DNA from: Felis catus
Taxonomy: Eukaryota
Direction of reading: 5' to 3'
Assembly: GCF_018350175.1 (NCBI RefSeq)
Contig: NC_058368.1
Coordinates: 76,076,001-76,140,000 of the forward strand
DNA length: 64,000 nt
Part shown: piece after piece, positions 27,228-39,648 of the stretch
How positions within the stretch are numbered: the stretch's first letter is position 1
How the letters are laid out: the number at the start of each line of letters is the position of its first letter
Position numbers and translations under genes: made by a program
Notes under the pieces: model-generated
Seen by the model: the letters and a program-made list of their open reading frames with translations, nothing else
Told to the model about the DNA's origin: nothing
Database searches by the model: none

Positions 27228-27919
27228 CTGTAGAAGGAAAACAAGAAAATTGTGGTATTACAATCTCCAGGAAGGGGGCGCACTTTCAAGTAAGGTAAAG
27301 GGTTAATTGCTCCTGGTGCCTCTGAGAGACTGAAGCCACAATAAAGCCCAGGGCTTTTGGAAAGGGTTGTGGATAAAAGTCAATGGAAACAGAAAAGAGA
27401 GTCTGGAAAGGCACGCAGCCTGGGGCACCCAAGTGTCTGCTGTGGGTTCTAAGAAGTTAAACTGCATTTCTGATCATGAATTTGTCTCTTCACCATAGCC
27501 AGAGCTGAATCTCTGCAGTTTATATTTTCTTTGGAGGAAATGTTTACTGTGGGTAGATTTAAACTGCCATCATACAGGGAAGAACAGGCAGGAAAAGAAA
27601 AATCAAGGAGCCACAGTAATTGCTTTAAAACATTAAGTTTGTGCTGTTCTAGTGTGTGGAACATGGATCAATTGATTCAAATGAATATAAAAATGATTTT
27701 CTAACAACCACAAATGCACATTAATGAAATGAACTGCCTACAAGTCGCTGAGGTCTCAGTCCCGGGAGATATTCAAGGTGACTTTGGTTGATAACATTCG
27801 AGAGACATCACAGTGGCACCTGAAATGTTTCTTGGACGTTTATACTACAGTCGTTCCTATATTTGTATTCTGATCCTATAAAAAGCCACTGAGGCTTTAG
27901 GCATTAAAGAGATAATTTT

Positions 27920-28133
27920 GGGGGCACCTGGGTGGCTCAGTCGGTTGAGCATCTGACTCTTGGTTTTGGCTCAGGTCACGATCTCATGGTTCATGAGTTC
28001 TAGCCCCTCGTTGGGCTCGGCACTGACAGCATGGAACCTGCTTGGTATTCTCTCTCCCTCCCTCTCTCTTCCTCTCTCTCTGCCCCTCCCAAGCTCTCTC
28101 ATTCTCTCTCTCAAAATAAATAAACTTTAAAAA
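27920..28133 (+). mobile_element. CanSINE
   Basis: Full length. Confidence 0.94.
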
Positions 28134-28234
28134 TGCAAATGAACTTAAAGTATGGAGAGAGGTCTCAAGCATGGAGTTTTGCCCTCTACCAGGAATGGCA
28201 AACTCCACTGTCCCAGGGGAAGGGAGAGACTTAC

Positions 28235-28639
28235 AGACTCATTACTGCCAAAGTGTTCTGAAGCATTTGGTTGCAGCATCATTCACTCTATTCGATTCAA
28301 AAACAATTCTATTGGAATTTATTTTTTCATTCATAAAACTACGCCATGCATCCTTTTCCCCATTTATTCTGTGCGGCCGTCTAAGTCTATTCTTCAGAGT
28401 TTCCCTTTTGACAGAGATGTGGGTACCAAAAACATTTTACAACAGCCCAGGTCAGGAATTAGAAATGTCATAGGGTCTAGGGAGCAGGGCTGTGGAGAGG
28501 ACACGCCCAGTCTTAGAAGGACAGTCTCTGCACATGGTGTCACCATGGGAGCAATTGGACCAGTATTGGGCAATTTCACAATTTCTAAAGAGAGGTTGGA
28601 AATCTTGATTTTTAGGTAAAATCACCTTCCCTTTTTTAA
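28235..28639 (-). pseudogene. Candidate exon relic, 405 nt, frameshifted
   Basis: Acceptor ttgctttcag| and donor TCT|gtaagt; length is a multiple of 3; protein-like stretches in alternating frames (ORFs 28394-28579 and 28452-28649). Confidence 0.4.
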
Positions 28640-29656
28640 CTGAAAGCAACTAATTCAATTAAAACCACGACCATACTATATGGACCACAAAGGTCTGTCA
28701 AAAATCAAAGTCTTGTCATGTAGACCTTGAATCTGATTGGACCAACATTATAGAAATTGTCTGTTAATATTATAAGAACAGATGAAAGCCAGAAAGACCA
28801 ACAATGGGATTGTTGTTAAACCCTTGTCTGGCTTGTTGATGGGTCTGTGAAATTCCTTAATCAGGCACTTAAACAACGGGATAAATAATGCATGTTTCTG
28901 TATCCTTTTTAGTTTGGTTGAATATGGATGCTGAGCATGGCATTACATGAATTCTCATACCACTATGTTCCCATAATCTCAGGCACAAATATATCTCAGT
29001 TTCAAATGCACTGCATATCATTTGATTAAAATAAGACAGCCATTCCTCAAGGAAATTTCCAACAATTACCCAAGAAAGCCTAGTCTTAACATGCTGACAC
29101 TTGTAGAGTAAAAATTAGTTGTTTCACTCAAGCCCTGCTTTCATCTACCCACATTCCCCTGCCCAGATTTCTCTTTCTCAAGTGTGCTCTCTCCTCAGCA
29201 CGAGGAGCCACTAATTTTCCTTTCACTTCTTAGTTTCCTTATAATGCCATCGGTTTATAAAATACAAATGATGGAAAACCATCCATTGAGTCACCGAATG
29301 CTGTATTTTCAAGGCATCATTTTATAATAGATACATATAATTGGATCCATTTATTCTTAACAATAATTACTCTTAACTAAAGAACATACAAAATGATGGT
29401 TAAAATAAATCTCTGCTGTAATGCTATTAAGTCACCCTAAAACATGATATTTAAGAAGTACAAAGAGGAGCATTACTGAAAAGAAAATGTACTGGTGTTA
29501 AACAATGTTTTTTTTAAATAGGCAGTATCATGAAATCCATACATGTATCCAAATATGAATAACACCAAATATGTTATTTAACTTGATAATTAATGAGGAA
29601 ACTCATAAGATGCTATAATTGGTTAGAAGTGAAATTCAAACCATAAAACACCCACA

Positions 29657-30195
29657 TGTAAGTGAAAGGGAGAATTTGCCACCCCAAAATATATTTTTTG
29701 GCGTATTGATTATTTTAGGCTGATTATTCTTGAGACTGCAGACACAGGAAAATCTCTGAAAGAGGTACAGAAGAGTATTTTTTAAGGAATATTTGCATTT
29801 TAAGGGAAATCTCTATTTACAAGGGTGTCTCCCTCTCTGTACCAGGAAGAGAAGCATGATGTAATCTCTAGACCCTCTTATCAATGGAGAAGGCGATGGC
29901 TTCTATTTGCATACAACCTTACCCCTTACCCCAACTTCCTGTGCTTCCCCTGCTGACCTCCCATTAACACTGACCCCCACCCCCAAGATCTTCCTTTAAC
30001 TGCAGAGAGTATTTAAGGGGATGATTTGGGCCATCAGGGAGTTACTCAGTTTTTCTGAGTATCTCCCATAGGTACAGGAGGTATACAGGTTATTAGACTC
30101 GTTTGTTATTTTTTTCCCTGTGAATCTTCCATTACAGGGGGTCCTATCCAAGAACCCAGAAGGGTAGAAGGAAAAAATACTTTTCCTCTACTACA
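29657..30195 (+). mobile_element. ERV1 solo LTR (MER34-like)
   Basis: TG...CA ends; aatttgccaccccaaaatat...agacacaggaa...gaacccagaagggtagaaggaaaa. Confidence 0.8.
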
Positions 30196-30684
30196 TAGGT
30201 AAATTAGAAACGCTGAAAGGAACTTAAAAATAGGTGCAAAACTGGCTTTTTTTCATGGGGGGGGGTCGGTATCCAGGAACCAGGTGTTCCTTCTTGAGAC
30301 AGAATTCATCTGCATTTCTATGGGCAGAAGAGACTTTAATTGCTGTCCCTTATCTGCAACTTACATAGTTCTTTCTATCTGGTTCAAAAAACAAGAGATA
30401 TCCTGCCATAGATGGGAGGCTGGGTTTTTTCTCATACTTTTTTCCCCCCCATTTCAAAATCTTTCACTGGCAGTGTCTTTCCTGACAGTGATGAACCAGG
30501 CATGCATGTAGCTGATGACTACATTCTATGGCTTGCCAGCCTCCTGGGTCTCTATCCACCTCAGACAACCCCTCATGCCTAACTTAATGTTGGTTTCATC
30601 TTCAAGCTTGATTAATGGTATATCCATGTTACATGACTTTATATATGTTCTTTGTTAAGAGCAAAGCATTATCATGAAGAATAG

Positions 30685-30685
<1 letters not shown>

Positions 30686-30728
<43 letters not shown>
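30686..30728. repeat. (CA)n microsatellite
   Basis: Read directly from the sequence. Confidence 0.97.
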
Positions 30729-30730
<2 letters not shown>

Positions 30731-30897
30731 CTCTGGGGTAGGTCCCTTTACTTCTATTCCCAGAGCCTATACTCTTATGTGTTGCACATTATGGTGACAG
30801 TTCAGTCACAAAGCATACGGACTATGGATATACATATGTGTACCTGTGTATACAGTCCATGGTAATAAATAAATAAATAAATATATAATAAATAAAA

Positions 30898-31030
30898 GGG
30901 GGGGGGGCGCCTGGGTGGAGCCTGAACCTGCTTCATTTCTGTGTCTCCCTCTCTCTCTGCTCCTCGCCCACTTGCACTCTGTCTCTGTCTCTCTCTCACA
31001 AATAAACATCAAAAAAATTACAAAAAAAAA
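30898..31030 (+). mobile_element. CanSINE with internal deletion
   Basis: Head ggggcgcctgggtgg joined directly to agcctgaacctgcttc. Confidence 0.9.
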
Positions 31031-31114
31031 GTAGCAAAGTTTCAGATAATTCTAGATTCATTTTTGCCAAGACCTTCAGTGCTATCTGTAAGTTGAATAA
31101 AAAAGCTAAATCAA

Positions 31115-31362
31115 TCTTTCTATCCTTTTCTTTCTTTTATTTTCTCTTTCTTTTTCTTTCTTTCTCCCTTTCTTTCCTCTTTCTTTCTTTCTCTTTCTTT
31201 CTTCTTTCTTTCTTTTCTTTCTTTCTTTCTTTCTTTCTTTCTTTTTTTCTTTCTTTCTTTCTTTTCCTTCCTTCCTTCCTTCCTTCCTTCCTTCCTTCCT
31301 TCCTTCCTTCCTTCCTTCCTTCCTTCCTTCCTTCTGTATTCATTTCCTTTTTTCTTTCTTTT
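31115..31362. repeat. Polypyrimidine (TTTC)n/(TTCC)n compound repeat
   Basis: Read directly from the sequence. Confidence 0.97.
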
Positions 31363-31849
31363 GGAATCCTTTGAAGCAAAAGAAATAAGAAGAGGGGAAG
31401 GATTTGGCAATAGGTCAGTTAATTTCATAAATGTGGACAAATTGGTGGGCTGAACTGTCAAGATTGACTGTTGTGATGGATGAATTTAAATCAAGGAAAT
31501 GGCCAATCCTCCACTTCACTTGGTGACTGAGATCACTTCACAGCCTCAGGTGTAACCGTGCTGTGCCTGATTAAGAAGTGATCACAATAAGCAGGGGGGA
31601 AATAGCACACAATTCCAAACACAAAACCAGGCACCAGCATCTAGTACTTGACAGTTTTCATGTCCTTTTATATCGATAGATTTATTTATTGACTGCTTTA
31701 AATTCAGCCTTTTCTTAAAAACAGAAAAAAATAATTTTGCTTTATGGGTATACTTATTTTGCAAAACAAGTGTTTTTTTTAAAAAAAATAAACTGAGGTA
31801 AGTGATTTTTTTTTTTTTTACAAAGTAAAAAGCCAGAAACAAAGCTAAC

Positions 31850-31987
31850 CTACAAAATCTTCCTAGGAAGTCCGTGCCCTTCCTGACAGGGAGCTTCAAG
31901 GTCAACGCGAAACTTTCAGCAGTGGAGGGTAATTGGAAAATATAAGCAGTTTCCAAAAGCACAGTCCCTGGGTAAAAAGCAAGCCAC
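31850..31987 (-). pseudogene. Candidate exon relic, 138 nt (WLAFYPGTVLLETAYIFQLPSTAESFALTLKLPVRKGTDFLGRFC)
   Basis: Acceptor ctttcatttcaaatcag| and donor TAG|gttagc; 46 codons, open, phase 2-2. Confidence 0.5.
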
Positions 31988-32327
31988 CTGATTTGAAATG
32001 AAAGACATGCGCCATAAATACTAAAGGACATAATTTTCATTGTTCCTGTCCTAAGGAAGACACTGCGTGTGACCTAATGACTATCGTCTTTAAAAAACAA
32101 GTTTTTAGGGTGGTTTCTTAAAATACCCTTCCAGATCAAGCGATATCACTGCAAAGTCTAACTCAGCAAACTGTCTTCAGGGAAAAGGGGAGATAGGGTA
32201 GTGAATGATGTCCAGACATGCAGGTTTCTGCTGACTTCATTAACCCAGGACTCACTTTGGAAGAGCTGGCATAGAATGGGTTTTGTTTATACCTCTTCTG
32301 TATTTTGTCTTTTTATGACTTTGTTCA

Positions 32328-32546
32328 TTTAAAAAAATTGTTTAATATTTATTCATTTTTCAGAGACAGAGAGAGACAGAGCGCAAGTGGGGATGGGGTA
32401 GAGAGAGAGGGAGACACAGAATCTGAAGCAGGCTCCAGGCTCCGAGCCGTCAGCCCAGAGCCCGACCTGGGGCTCGAACTCATAGACCATGAGATCTTGA
32501 CCTGAGCCAAAGTCACACGCTTAACCAACCAAGCCACCCGGGAGCC
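32328..32546 (-). mobile_element. CanSINE
   Basis: Antisense, TSD atgactttgttcattt. Confidence 0.96.
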
Positions 32547-33079
32547 TCATGACTTTGTTCATTTTTTAATAAAAGACCTAACTCTTTGGTGTTTTTTCTT
32601 GAGGGGCTGACAAAAATCCGATCTTTACAAGACAAATTATGTATATTGTACACACCCCAACAGAGTTATTCATATTCTGTCATACCCACAGGAGAGAGAA
32701 CGTGGTTTTCATTAACAGTGTTTGGCAATATCAATAAATAAGTCTTCTCTTTAATACACGCCAAACTCTTTCTTCCTCCTGTCATCAAATGCAAATACCG
32801 GTCCTCACTTCACCTGCATTCATGCCCTGGTTTCCTGTCACTTGGTGTTTGCTGTCCGCACACCACAAACGCATCAGGAAGCAGCTTCCCATGACCAACG
32901 GGATGGACATTTTTCTTTCCTTCCGCGTAAACTCTCTAATCCTTCTTCTCCTATCACCAACGCCTTCACTGGGTCTCCTCATGACTCTCTCTTCCTTTAT
33001 TCGTCTTGTGAAGGGCATCCTTCTCTTAGACTCTGTCTTTAGCCCACACTTGTCTTATGCTACCTGGTCAGCCAAGGGC

Positions 33080-33500
33080 TTAGCATGAAACAGGTGGCAA
33101 CCTTCCACGGCTGAAAATTAATGAGGAGCATGGAAAAGGTACTATCTACAAGAGTAGCCAGGGCTTAGAGAGATCAACAGAGGACAGTTGAGAACCATGG
33201 GGCTAGCACACAGAGGGGGACCTCATCACCCCTAGGTCTGAAGGAGTCCGGGAACGAGAGGTTACAGAGACTTCAGAGGGAGCTATGGTCTTTAACAGAG
33301 AATTACAGTCCATCCTCAATGATTCACTGACCCAGTAGGGAAGGAGCTCAGGAAGTAAATGTTTTCACTTCCTATCTCCTGATTTTTCTCAGTGGACAGA
33401 TTCTGCAAAAAAAGCCAGAGTGCAGGAGACCCCACTGACAGGATCCACGCAGGCAGTGTTCTCGGGCCCAGAAGAGTGACAAGGGCTGGTCTGAAGACAG
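33080..33500. mobile_element. Old MaLR LTR fragment
   Basis: ggtactatctacaagag...cagggcttagagagatcaac...catcacccctaggtctgaagg resembles old MLT1. Confidence 0.55.
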
Positions 33501-33599
33501 GAAGCTGTAACATATACTCCCTGGATGATCTCATCCATTCCTGTGTTTTCAGCTGTAATCTACATGCAGATGACCCTACACCATCACACCATTAACTAC

Positions 33600-33800
33600 A
33601 GACCACTGGTCCCTAAAGTTGAGTGCATCTTACAATCACTTGGGGGTTCATTTTTTTTTATTAAAACATAAAAATAAATAAAACCATATCCACATCATAG
33701 CCACAACAATTTTTTATTTAATTGATAGGAAGTTTGGCCTGCGTTTTTCCTGACTTTTAAGAGTTCACTAATGTGCAATTACTGTGGAGAACCAGTTTTT
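33600..33800. mobile_element. MER5A-like hAT DNA transposon relic
   Basis: ggtccctaaagttgagtgcatc..aatcacttggg and ggagaaccag ends. Confidence 0.5.
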
Positions 33801-34302
33801 GGCCAAGCATCTGCCACGAGTTTCAAGCTCACTCGTGCAACGGCCTACAAAAACTCCCCCCTCAATTTCCCACATGCATTTCAATGAGCGCTAACTAAAC
33901 ATGTCCTTTCCCCTCAAATAGATTTCCACCGTTCATTCGTTTTTTTTTCTTCGTACACTACTATCCAGCTGGACGTTCACAATAGAAACGTCGATCCACC
34001 CAGGAACGACTCAAGAGTTGTTCACAGTTCTCTGCACTCACCATGGTCTTTCTTTACTCCGTTAGCTGTACTGCTCTTTCCTTTGTAGCAATAAACTACT
34101 CTGCCCTTAAAATGTGCCCTTAAAATGTGACGGTCACCTCCAGATGGTCACAACTGCTCTTTCATTACAGCTCTTAAAGTGCCTTCAAGTTTTGGCCTCA
34201 ACATTTTTATATACAAAGGATGTACCTAAGGGTTCAATTAAATATATCATGTATGCCCCAAGTGAGTTATAAACCACGTGTTAGCACATTCAAAATCACC
34301 GG

Positions 34303-34492
34303 TGGCACAGCTGGGTGAGTGTCCAACTCGTGATTTTGGCTCAGCCCATGATCTCATGGTTTGTGAGCTTCGGGCTCTGGGCTGACAGTGGGAGCTGCTG
34401 GGGATTCTCTCTCTCTCCCCCTCTCTCTACCCCTCCCCCACTCAGTCTCTCTCTCACTCTCTCTGTCTCTCCTGAAATAAAGAAATGAAAAA
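34303..34492 (+). mobile_element. CanSINE, diverged
   Basis: Degenerate head, CT tract, A-rich tail. Confidence 0.85.
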
Positions 34493-34817
34493 TAATCACT
34501 GGCATTAATTTCAATTGATATTGATTGTGAAGTAAGTTAACTTTATAAATTTAAAGTTGTAAAAATATAAAGCAGCCACTGTTTTTACCTGTCTTTAACT
34601 ATGTGACAATGTAATTACGAGTACGATTTCTGCTTTAGGTGGAAAAAAGGTTTTGCGGCTAAAACCGTCGAAACACCACTGTTCGCAGTTGTGACATCAG
34701 GTAAAAGCAGTGAAGAGATGCTGTGGGACAAAGGAGCGGGGGAGGGATCCACTGGATTCTTTTTTCTGGTTTAATCTGCCCCACATCAAACATGAATCGA
34801 GCCCGTGATACATTTAC

Positions 34818-34953
34818 TGAGTAACAGACTTCAGAAAGAGATGAGAACAGGAAGGTACAGGAGAACATGGCAGTTCTCGATGCACACTGAAATGGTAGCC
34901 CATCATCCAATTTCTCCCCAAAACCCAACACAGCATAAACCAAGACCTCAGAA
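34818..34953 (-). pseudogene. Candidate exon relic, 136 nt (LRSWFMLCWVLGRNWMMGYHFSVHRELPCSPVPSCSHLFLKSVTQ)
   Basis: Acceptor ttatttatag| and donor TCA|gtaaat; open in phase 1-2, joining in frame to 31850-31987. Confidence 0.45.
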
Positions 34954-35029
34954 CTATAAATAATAGCGTCATTGAGAGTATGGATCGATGGGAAGTAAAA
35001 CCTCTTGTCACTATTCTGAATTTTAAAAA

Positions 35030-35275
35030 AATATTGATCAACTTATATGAGGCATCTAAAGTAATCAAATTCAGAGAACCAGAAAGTAGACTGGTGGGTG
35101 ACAGGGGCTGGGGGAGGAGGAATGGGAAGTTGTTACAAGGGGCATAGAGTGTCAGTGTTGCAAGATGAAAATTTCTGCCTGTCTGTTGCACAACAATGTG
35201 AATATAGTTAGTATCACTGAACTGGAAACTTAAAAATTATGAGGATGGTAAATTTTGTGTTACGTGTTACCACAG
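35030..35275 (+). mobile_element. L1M 3' end fragment
   Basis: tatgaggcatctaaagtaatcaaattcagagaaccagaaagtaga...cacaacaatgtgaatata. Confidence 0.85.
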
Positions 35276-35383
35276 TAATCAATCACGCAGTCTTGAACAA
35301 AAAGACATCTCAGCCCATGGATTCTTTCTTAAATACCCCAAAACCGGTTAAGTATCATTTAGTGGTCAAAAGTTTCTGAGATT

Positions 35384-35590
35384 GGGGGCACCTGGGTGGC
35401 TCAGTCGGTTGAGGATCCGACTTCGGCTCAGGTCACGATCTTGCAGTCTATGAGTTCAAGCCCCGCATGGGGGGCTCTGTGCTGATGCCTCAGACCCTGG
35501 AGCCTGCTTCCGATTCTGTGTCTCCCTCTCTCTCTGCCCCTCCCCTGCTCATGCTCTGTCTCTCTGTCAAAAACAAACCTTTTAAAAAAA
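35384..35590 (+). mobile_element. CanSINE (first of a tandem pair)
   Basis: Flanked by aaagtttctgagatt. Confidence 0.95.
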
Positions 35591-35623
35591 TGTTTTGTTT
35601 TGTTTTTTAAAGTTTCTGAGATT

Positions 35624-35806
35624 GGGACGTGTGGATGGCTCTGTTGGCTGAGCATCCGACCCTTGATTTCAGCTCAGGTCATGATCTCACGGTTTGTGGG
35701 ATTGAACCCTGGGTAGGGCTCTGTGCTGACAGTGCGGAGCCTGCTTGGGATTCTCTCTTCTCATGCTCTCTGCCCCTCCCACACTCTCTGTTAAAAAAGA
35801 AAAAAA
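35624..35806 (+). mobile_element. CanSINE (second of a tandem pair)
   Basis: Flanked by aaagtttctgagatt. Confidence 0.93.
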
Positions 35807-36554
35807 GTTTCTGAGATTATCTTAGTTGCTCTTTTATAAATTTTGCAAGAGCACATGTTTTTATCTGACTCTGTTGCCTCTTCCAGGACTTCACATAGGC
35901 ACCCATAGTTCCTTCCTTTTTTTATTGCCTTGTAGAATTCCATTCGATTGATATACCGTAATTCATCATTCTACTGTTAATGGACATTTGGACTATTTCC
36001 CATTTAGGGTATCCCAAATAATGCTGCCATGGACATTTTACACATGTCATGTAGTGCACATATTTAATCTTGCTGCTCTATAAATACCCTGGAGTAAAAG
36101 CATTGGGTTGTAGGAAATCTTAAATTTTACTTCAAATATTTTTACTCAATTTCAGGGCTTTTTGACAAGTCTGTGCATATCCTTAGGTTTTACTACAGCC
36201 CTCAGGCACAACTAAATATTTTATCCATTTATTCACTTATAAATGCATCTAACTATTCAGTGTGTGTGTCAGAGAGAGAGCTAGGAGAGAGATGGAAATG
36301 AAAGAGTTCATTATGTAGAAAGCACAATGGATGTCCTAGGGCAGAATAATAAAACCATCTGAACCTGTTCCTTACCTTCATGAAGCTTCACAATCCAGTA
36401 GCTTGATTCAGTGTGGTTAACCAAGAGGCAAAAAATAAATTTAAAAAAAGAAGAACAGATTCAGCATTTCTAAATTTCCTGTCATTCACAGAGTCAATTA
36501 CACTAGTTTAAACAAAGTGAAATGACAAAATTTTTTTTGATCACTTCAGACTTT

Positions 36555-36783
36555 CTTTTTATTTAAAAAAAAAAATTTAACATTTACTTATTTCTGAGAG
36601 ACAGAGAAAGACAGAGCATGAGCAAGGGAGGGCAGAGAGACAGGGAGACAAAGAATCTGAAGCAGGCTCCAGGCTCTGAGCTGTCAGCACAGAGCCCGAT
36701 GTGGCACTTGAACTCACAGACCACGAGATCATGACCTGAGCCGAAGTCGGTGGCTTAACCGACTGAGCCACCCAGGCACCCCC
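36555..36783 (-). mobile_element. CanSINE
   Basis: Antisense, TSD tcagactttctt. Confidence 0.95.
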
Positions 36784-36800
36784 ATGTCAGACTTTCTTAC

Positions 36801-36964
36801 CTTTTATATAAACTGAACCATTTATTCCATTTGCTCTCTGTAGTTAAGCCCAAGAGAACCTTCATGTCTGAGGGGCTCCCTGGGATAAATTCCCCTCAAT
36901 ACTGGAGATCAATACCAAGAAACTGGGTATTACACATCGCCGAAGATTCAAAGATTTTCATCAT
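36801..36964 (-). pseudogene. Candidate exon relic, 164 nt
   Basis: Strong acceptor gttttactctgtctttaag| and donor AAG|gtaaga; no frame is fully open. Confidence 0.45.
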
Positions 36965-39196
36965 CTTAAAGACAGAGTAAAACATATACAGTAGAAGGAC
37001 CAGTAAATGGTGGGTCCAAAGAATTACAACCATCTGATTTGGTCATGGCTCTGTCACAACCACGATGTGTGACCCTTTATTACCCACTGGAATTTTCTGG
37101 GGCTCTGTTCCACACGTAAGAGAAAGAACACTAGAGTTATGTCTAGATCATATACTTCACACTCGCATTTACAGCTTGCAGTTCTTGGATTGTCCGACTT
37201 AGAGTGCAAAAATTCCACTCAGAGAAACTATTTACAATACCCTTGACTAACATAGTCCTTTAACAGAAAATCTGATTGGGTTCACTTTAGAAAATACTGC
37301 ATAATATTTTAAAAATGAAGTAAACTTCTGATAGTTTCCATTAGTAGGTAAGAATCCATATGTACCTGTTAGCGTATCTCATTTAATACAGGTTATGAAG
37401 GTCTAGTGAGCAATTAATTCCCGGGATTTCTTTCTTTTTTTTTTTTTACTATTTAATTATTTCATCATCTTTGAGAATAAATGTCTCCACCAAGGCTGTA
37501 CATTTTACGCAGACAACAAAGAAGGACCTAAAACTTGAACATCCATTATAGCACGCACACAAAAATAGTACATCCCCTTCCATATCTTCGGCTCTCATAA
37601 AGATGATTTTTCCTTATGTATCTTTTTCTGGATGCCATCTTCATTCAATAAAAAGCACATTTCTGAAGCATTAGTGTGAGTTGATCTTTATGCCAGTCAG
37701 TAATTCACATCATCTGCAAAAAACATGTTTGTATCCTTTCGACACCCTTTAGAGATGAAAGGAAGGAATTTGTGTGCTAAAAGGGTTTCATGTGCCCGAA
37801 TCATGCAAATTCGCCCTGCCACTTCCTAAGATTTGCAGATGTGTATATTGGTTCCGCTTTCTTGTTGTTGTTGTTTTTTGTTTTTTTTAAGAGTAGGTAT
37901 ACAACGGTACGAATCTCAAATCAGCTTTTGTCCCACCTCCCAGTTCTGCATTCCGGGCCTTTGAAAATGATGAGAACGGATTTATTACTGAGGCATTGTG
38001 AAATTCTGAATGGAGTCTAATCTTTCATTTTAATCTTTTATGAGGCGACTGGGTAAAAATAAATCACAAATGCAAAAGATGTGTGTCAGAGTATGTCTGC
38101 ACACGTGTTTACATAACATATGCATATATGACACACCAATGGGCATCAGACCTCTCGGAGCACCGAAGTGACTTGAAAAAAAAAACCCTGGGATTTGGCA
38201 AAGACTAGGGAAGAAATTGTGTTTAATCAAATCTGGGCAACGTCACAGGGTTCTACAAAGTGCCTGGTACATAGAAGATGATTAAGTGTTTTCTTATTAT
38301 CACAAAATCCTGGAACCACTCTCTCCGTAAGCATATGAAATCAAGAGGGACTGTTCTAAGGTTTACATTTCTTACGCCTGTTTTGCTGTATTTCTTTCTT
38401 ATAACCACTTCACCCATTTGAGAGCAAATCACCTTTCTAAGGCACCAGAGAAGCATTTAATTCTATGGAAGAAATGTTGTTTCAGAAGATACCCACGTCT
38501 TGGAAATAAGCTGTCACTGTTTCCCAGTGGGTCTATGGTGGCCCTTCAAACTACAGAATTTCCTTCACAACTACAAAATGACAGAAAGTTGTGGGGTTTA
38601 AGAGCTACACCAGTGAAAAACAGTAAGACCACAGCGCTTGAGTAGAAGCATGATAAACATTGTGCATGACGGCAATAAATGCAGCGACTTATCATGAGAA
38701 TGGATGTGGATAAATTCTGGCTTCCCAGGAGCCATCATGTCCAGAGCGAAAGATCGTATCTCCTTCGTGTTTCTCTCCCAAAGAAAGAACCAAAAGACAA
38801 CAGAATCCCTCTGAGCCCTTTTCAGATTTTCTGAGTAGATCCTTTCCTGTCTTCTCCTGCCTAGCCATTCACACTGTTCAGCCCCTTTCTGGGTCATGAA
38901 TAAAATCCACAAAACTGATAGGAGCACCACATTGCACTATTTGTAACTGGACAAGGTGTTGGTGGAACACAGAACAGGGAAAGAACACGGCATGGCTCGT
39001 ATTGGATGACGGTTTTCTCTCTGGCCTGGTGCATAGCTATGCTCCAGTTTTCTGAAGGAATCTCCCAGTGTCCCCATGGTGGCCCTTGACTGGGGACCAG
39101 CAAGTAGAAGCCATAAATAAGCAAAGGAAAGAGCTGGGGTCAGTAGTCCTTTCTCCAAATGCCTTCCCTCTCGACTTGTGAGAAACTATGCATTAC

Positions 39197-39243
39197 CTAT
39201 GGATAGTCACTGAAGCTGCCTTGCAGCAGCTGAGTCCCCAGAA
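39197..39243 (-). pseudogene. Candidate 47-nt exon relic (SGDSAAARQLQ*LSI)
   Basis: Very long polypyrimidine tract ending ccttccccag|; donor TAG|gtaatg; followed by a 107-nt intron and another acceptor at 39090-39091. Confidence 0.5.
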
Positions 39244-39394
39244 CTGGGGAAGGTTGGACGAGGTGGTGGAGAGTGGAAGGGAAGGAGAGGGAGAGAAAAA
39301 GGGGAAGGCAGGGTACGAAGTTACATCCACTAGGTATGCTCCCTTTCCAACAGTGGTTCTTGAGCTGCTCTGCTGGGGTTGTTTGTGTTTTGTT

Positions 39395-39452
39395 TTTTGT
39401 TTTATTTTAGAGAGAATGCAAGCATGTGCATAAGCAGGGAAGAGGGGCAGGG

Positions 39453-39496
<44 letters not shown>

Positions 39497-39617
39497 CCTA
39501 AGCAGGCTCCAAGCTCAGCGCAGAGGCTGATAATGGGGCTCAATCCCATGGCCCTGGGATCACGACCCAAGCCAAAACTGAGAGTCAGACACTCGACTGA
39601 GCCACCCAGGTGCCCCT
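39395..39617 (-). mobile_element. CanSINE
   Basis: Antisense. Confidence 0.9.
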
Positions 39618-39648
39618 TGAGCAGTTCTGTTGTTAAATAGGGTTTGAC

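Noticed and set aside
28152..28619. 155-aa plus-strand ORF
   Set aside because: No recognisable domain and no convincing plus-strand splice context; it lies antisense to a better-supported minus-strand exon relic.
31093..31461. KEGR/KERK- and FLPS-rich ORFs
   Set aside because: They are microsatellite translations; the same applies to the YI/HT/VC-rich ORFs and 53021-53323.
37967..38009. ATGATGA...CTGA C/D-box-like motif pair
   Set aside because: It spans only about 43 nt with no terminal stem, too short for a C/D snoRNA.
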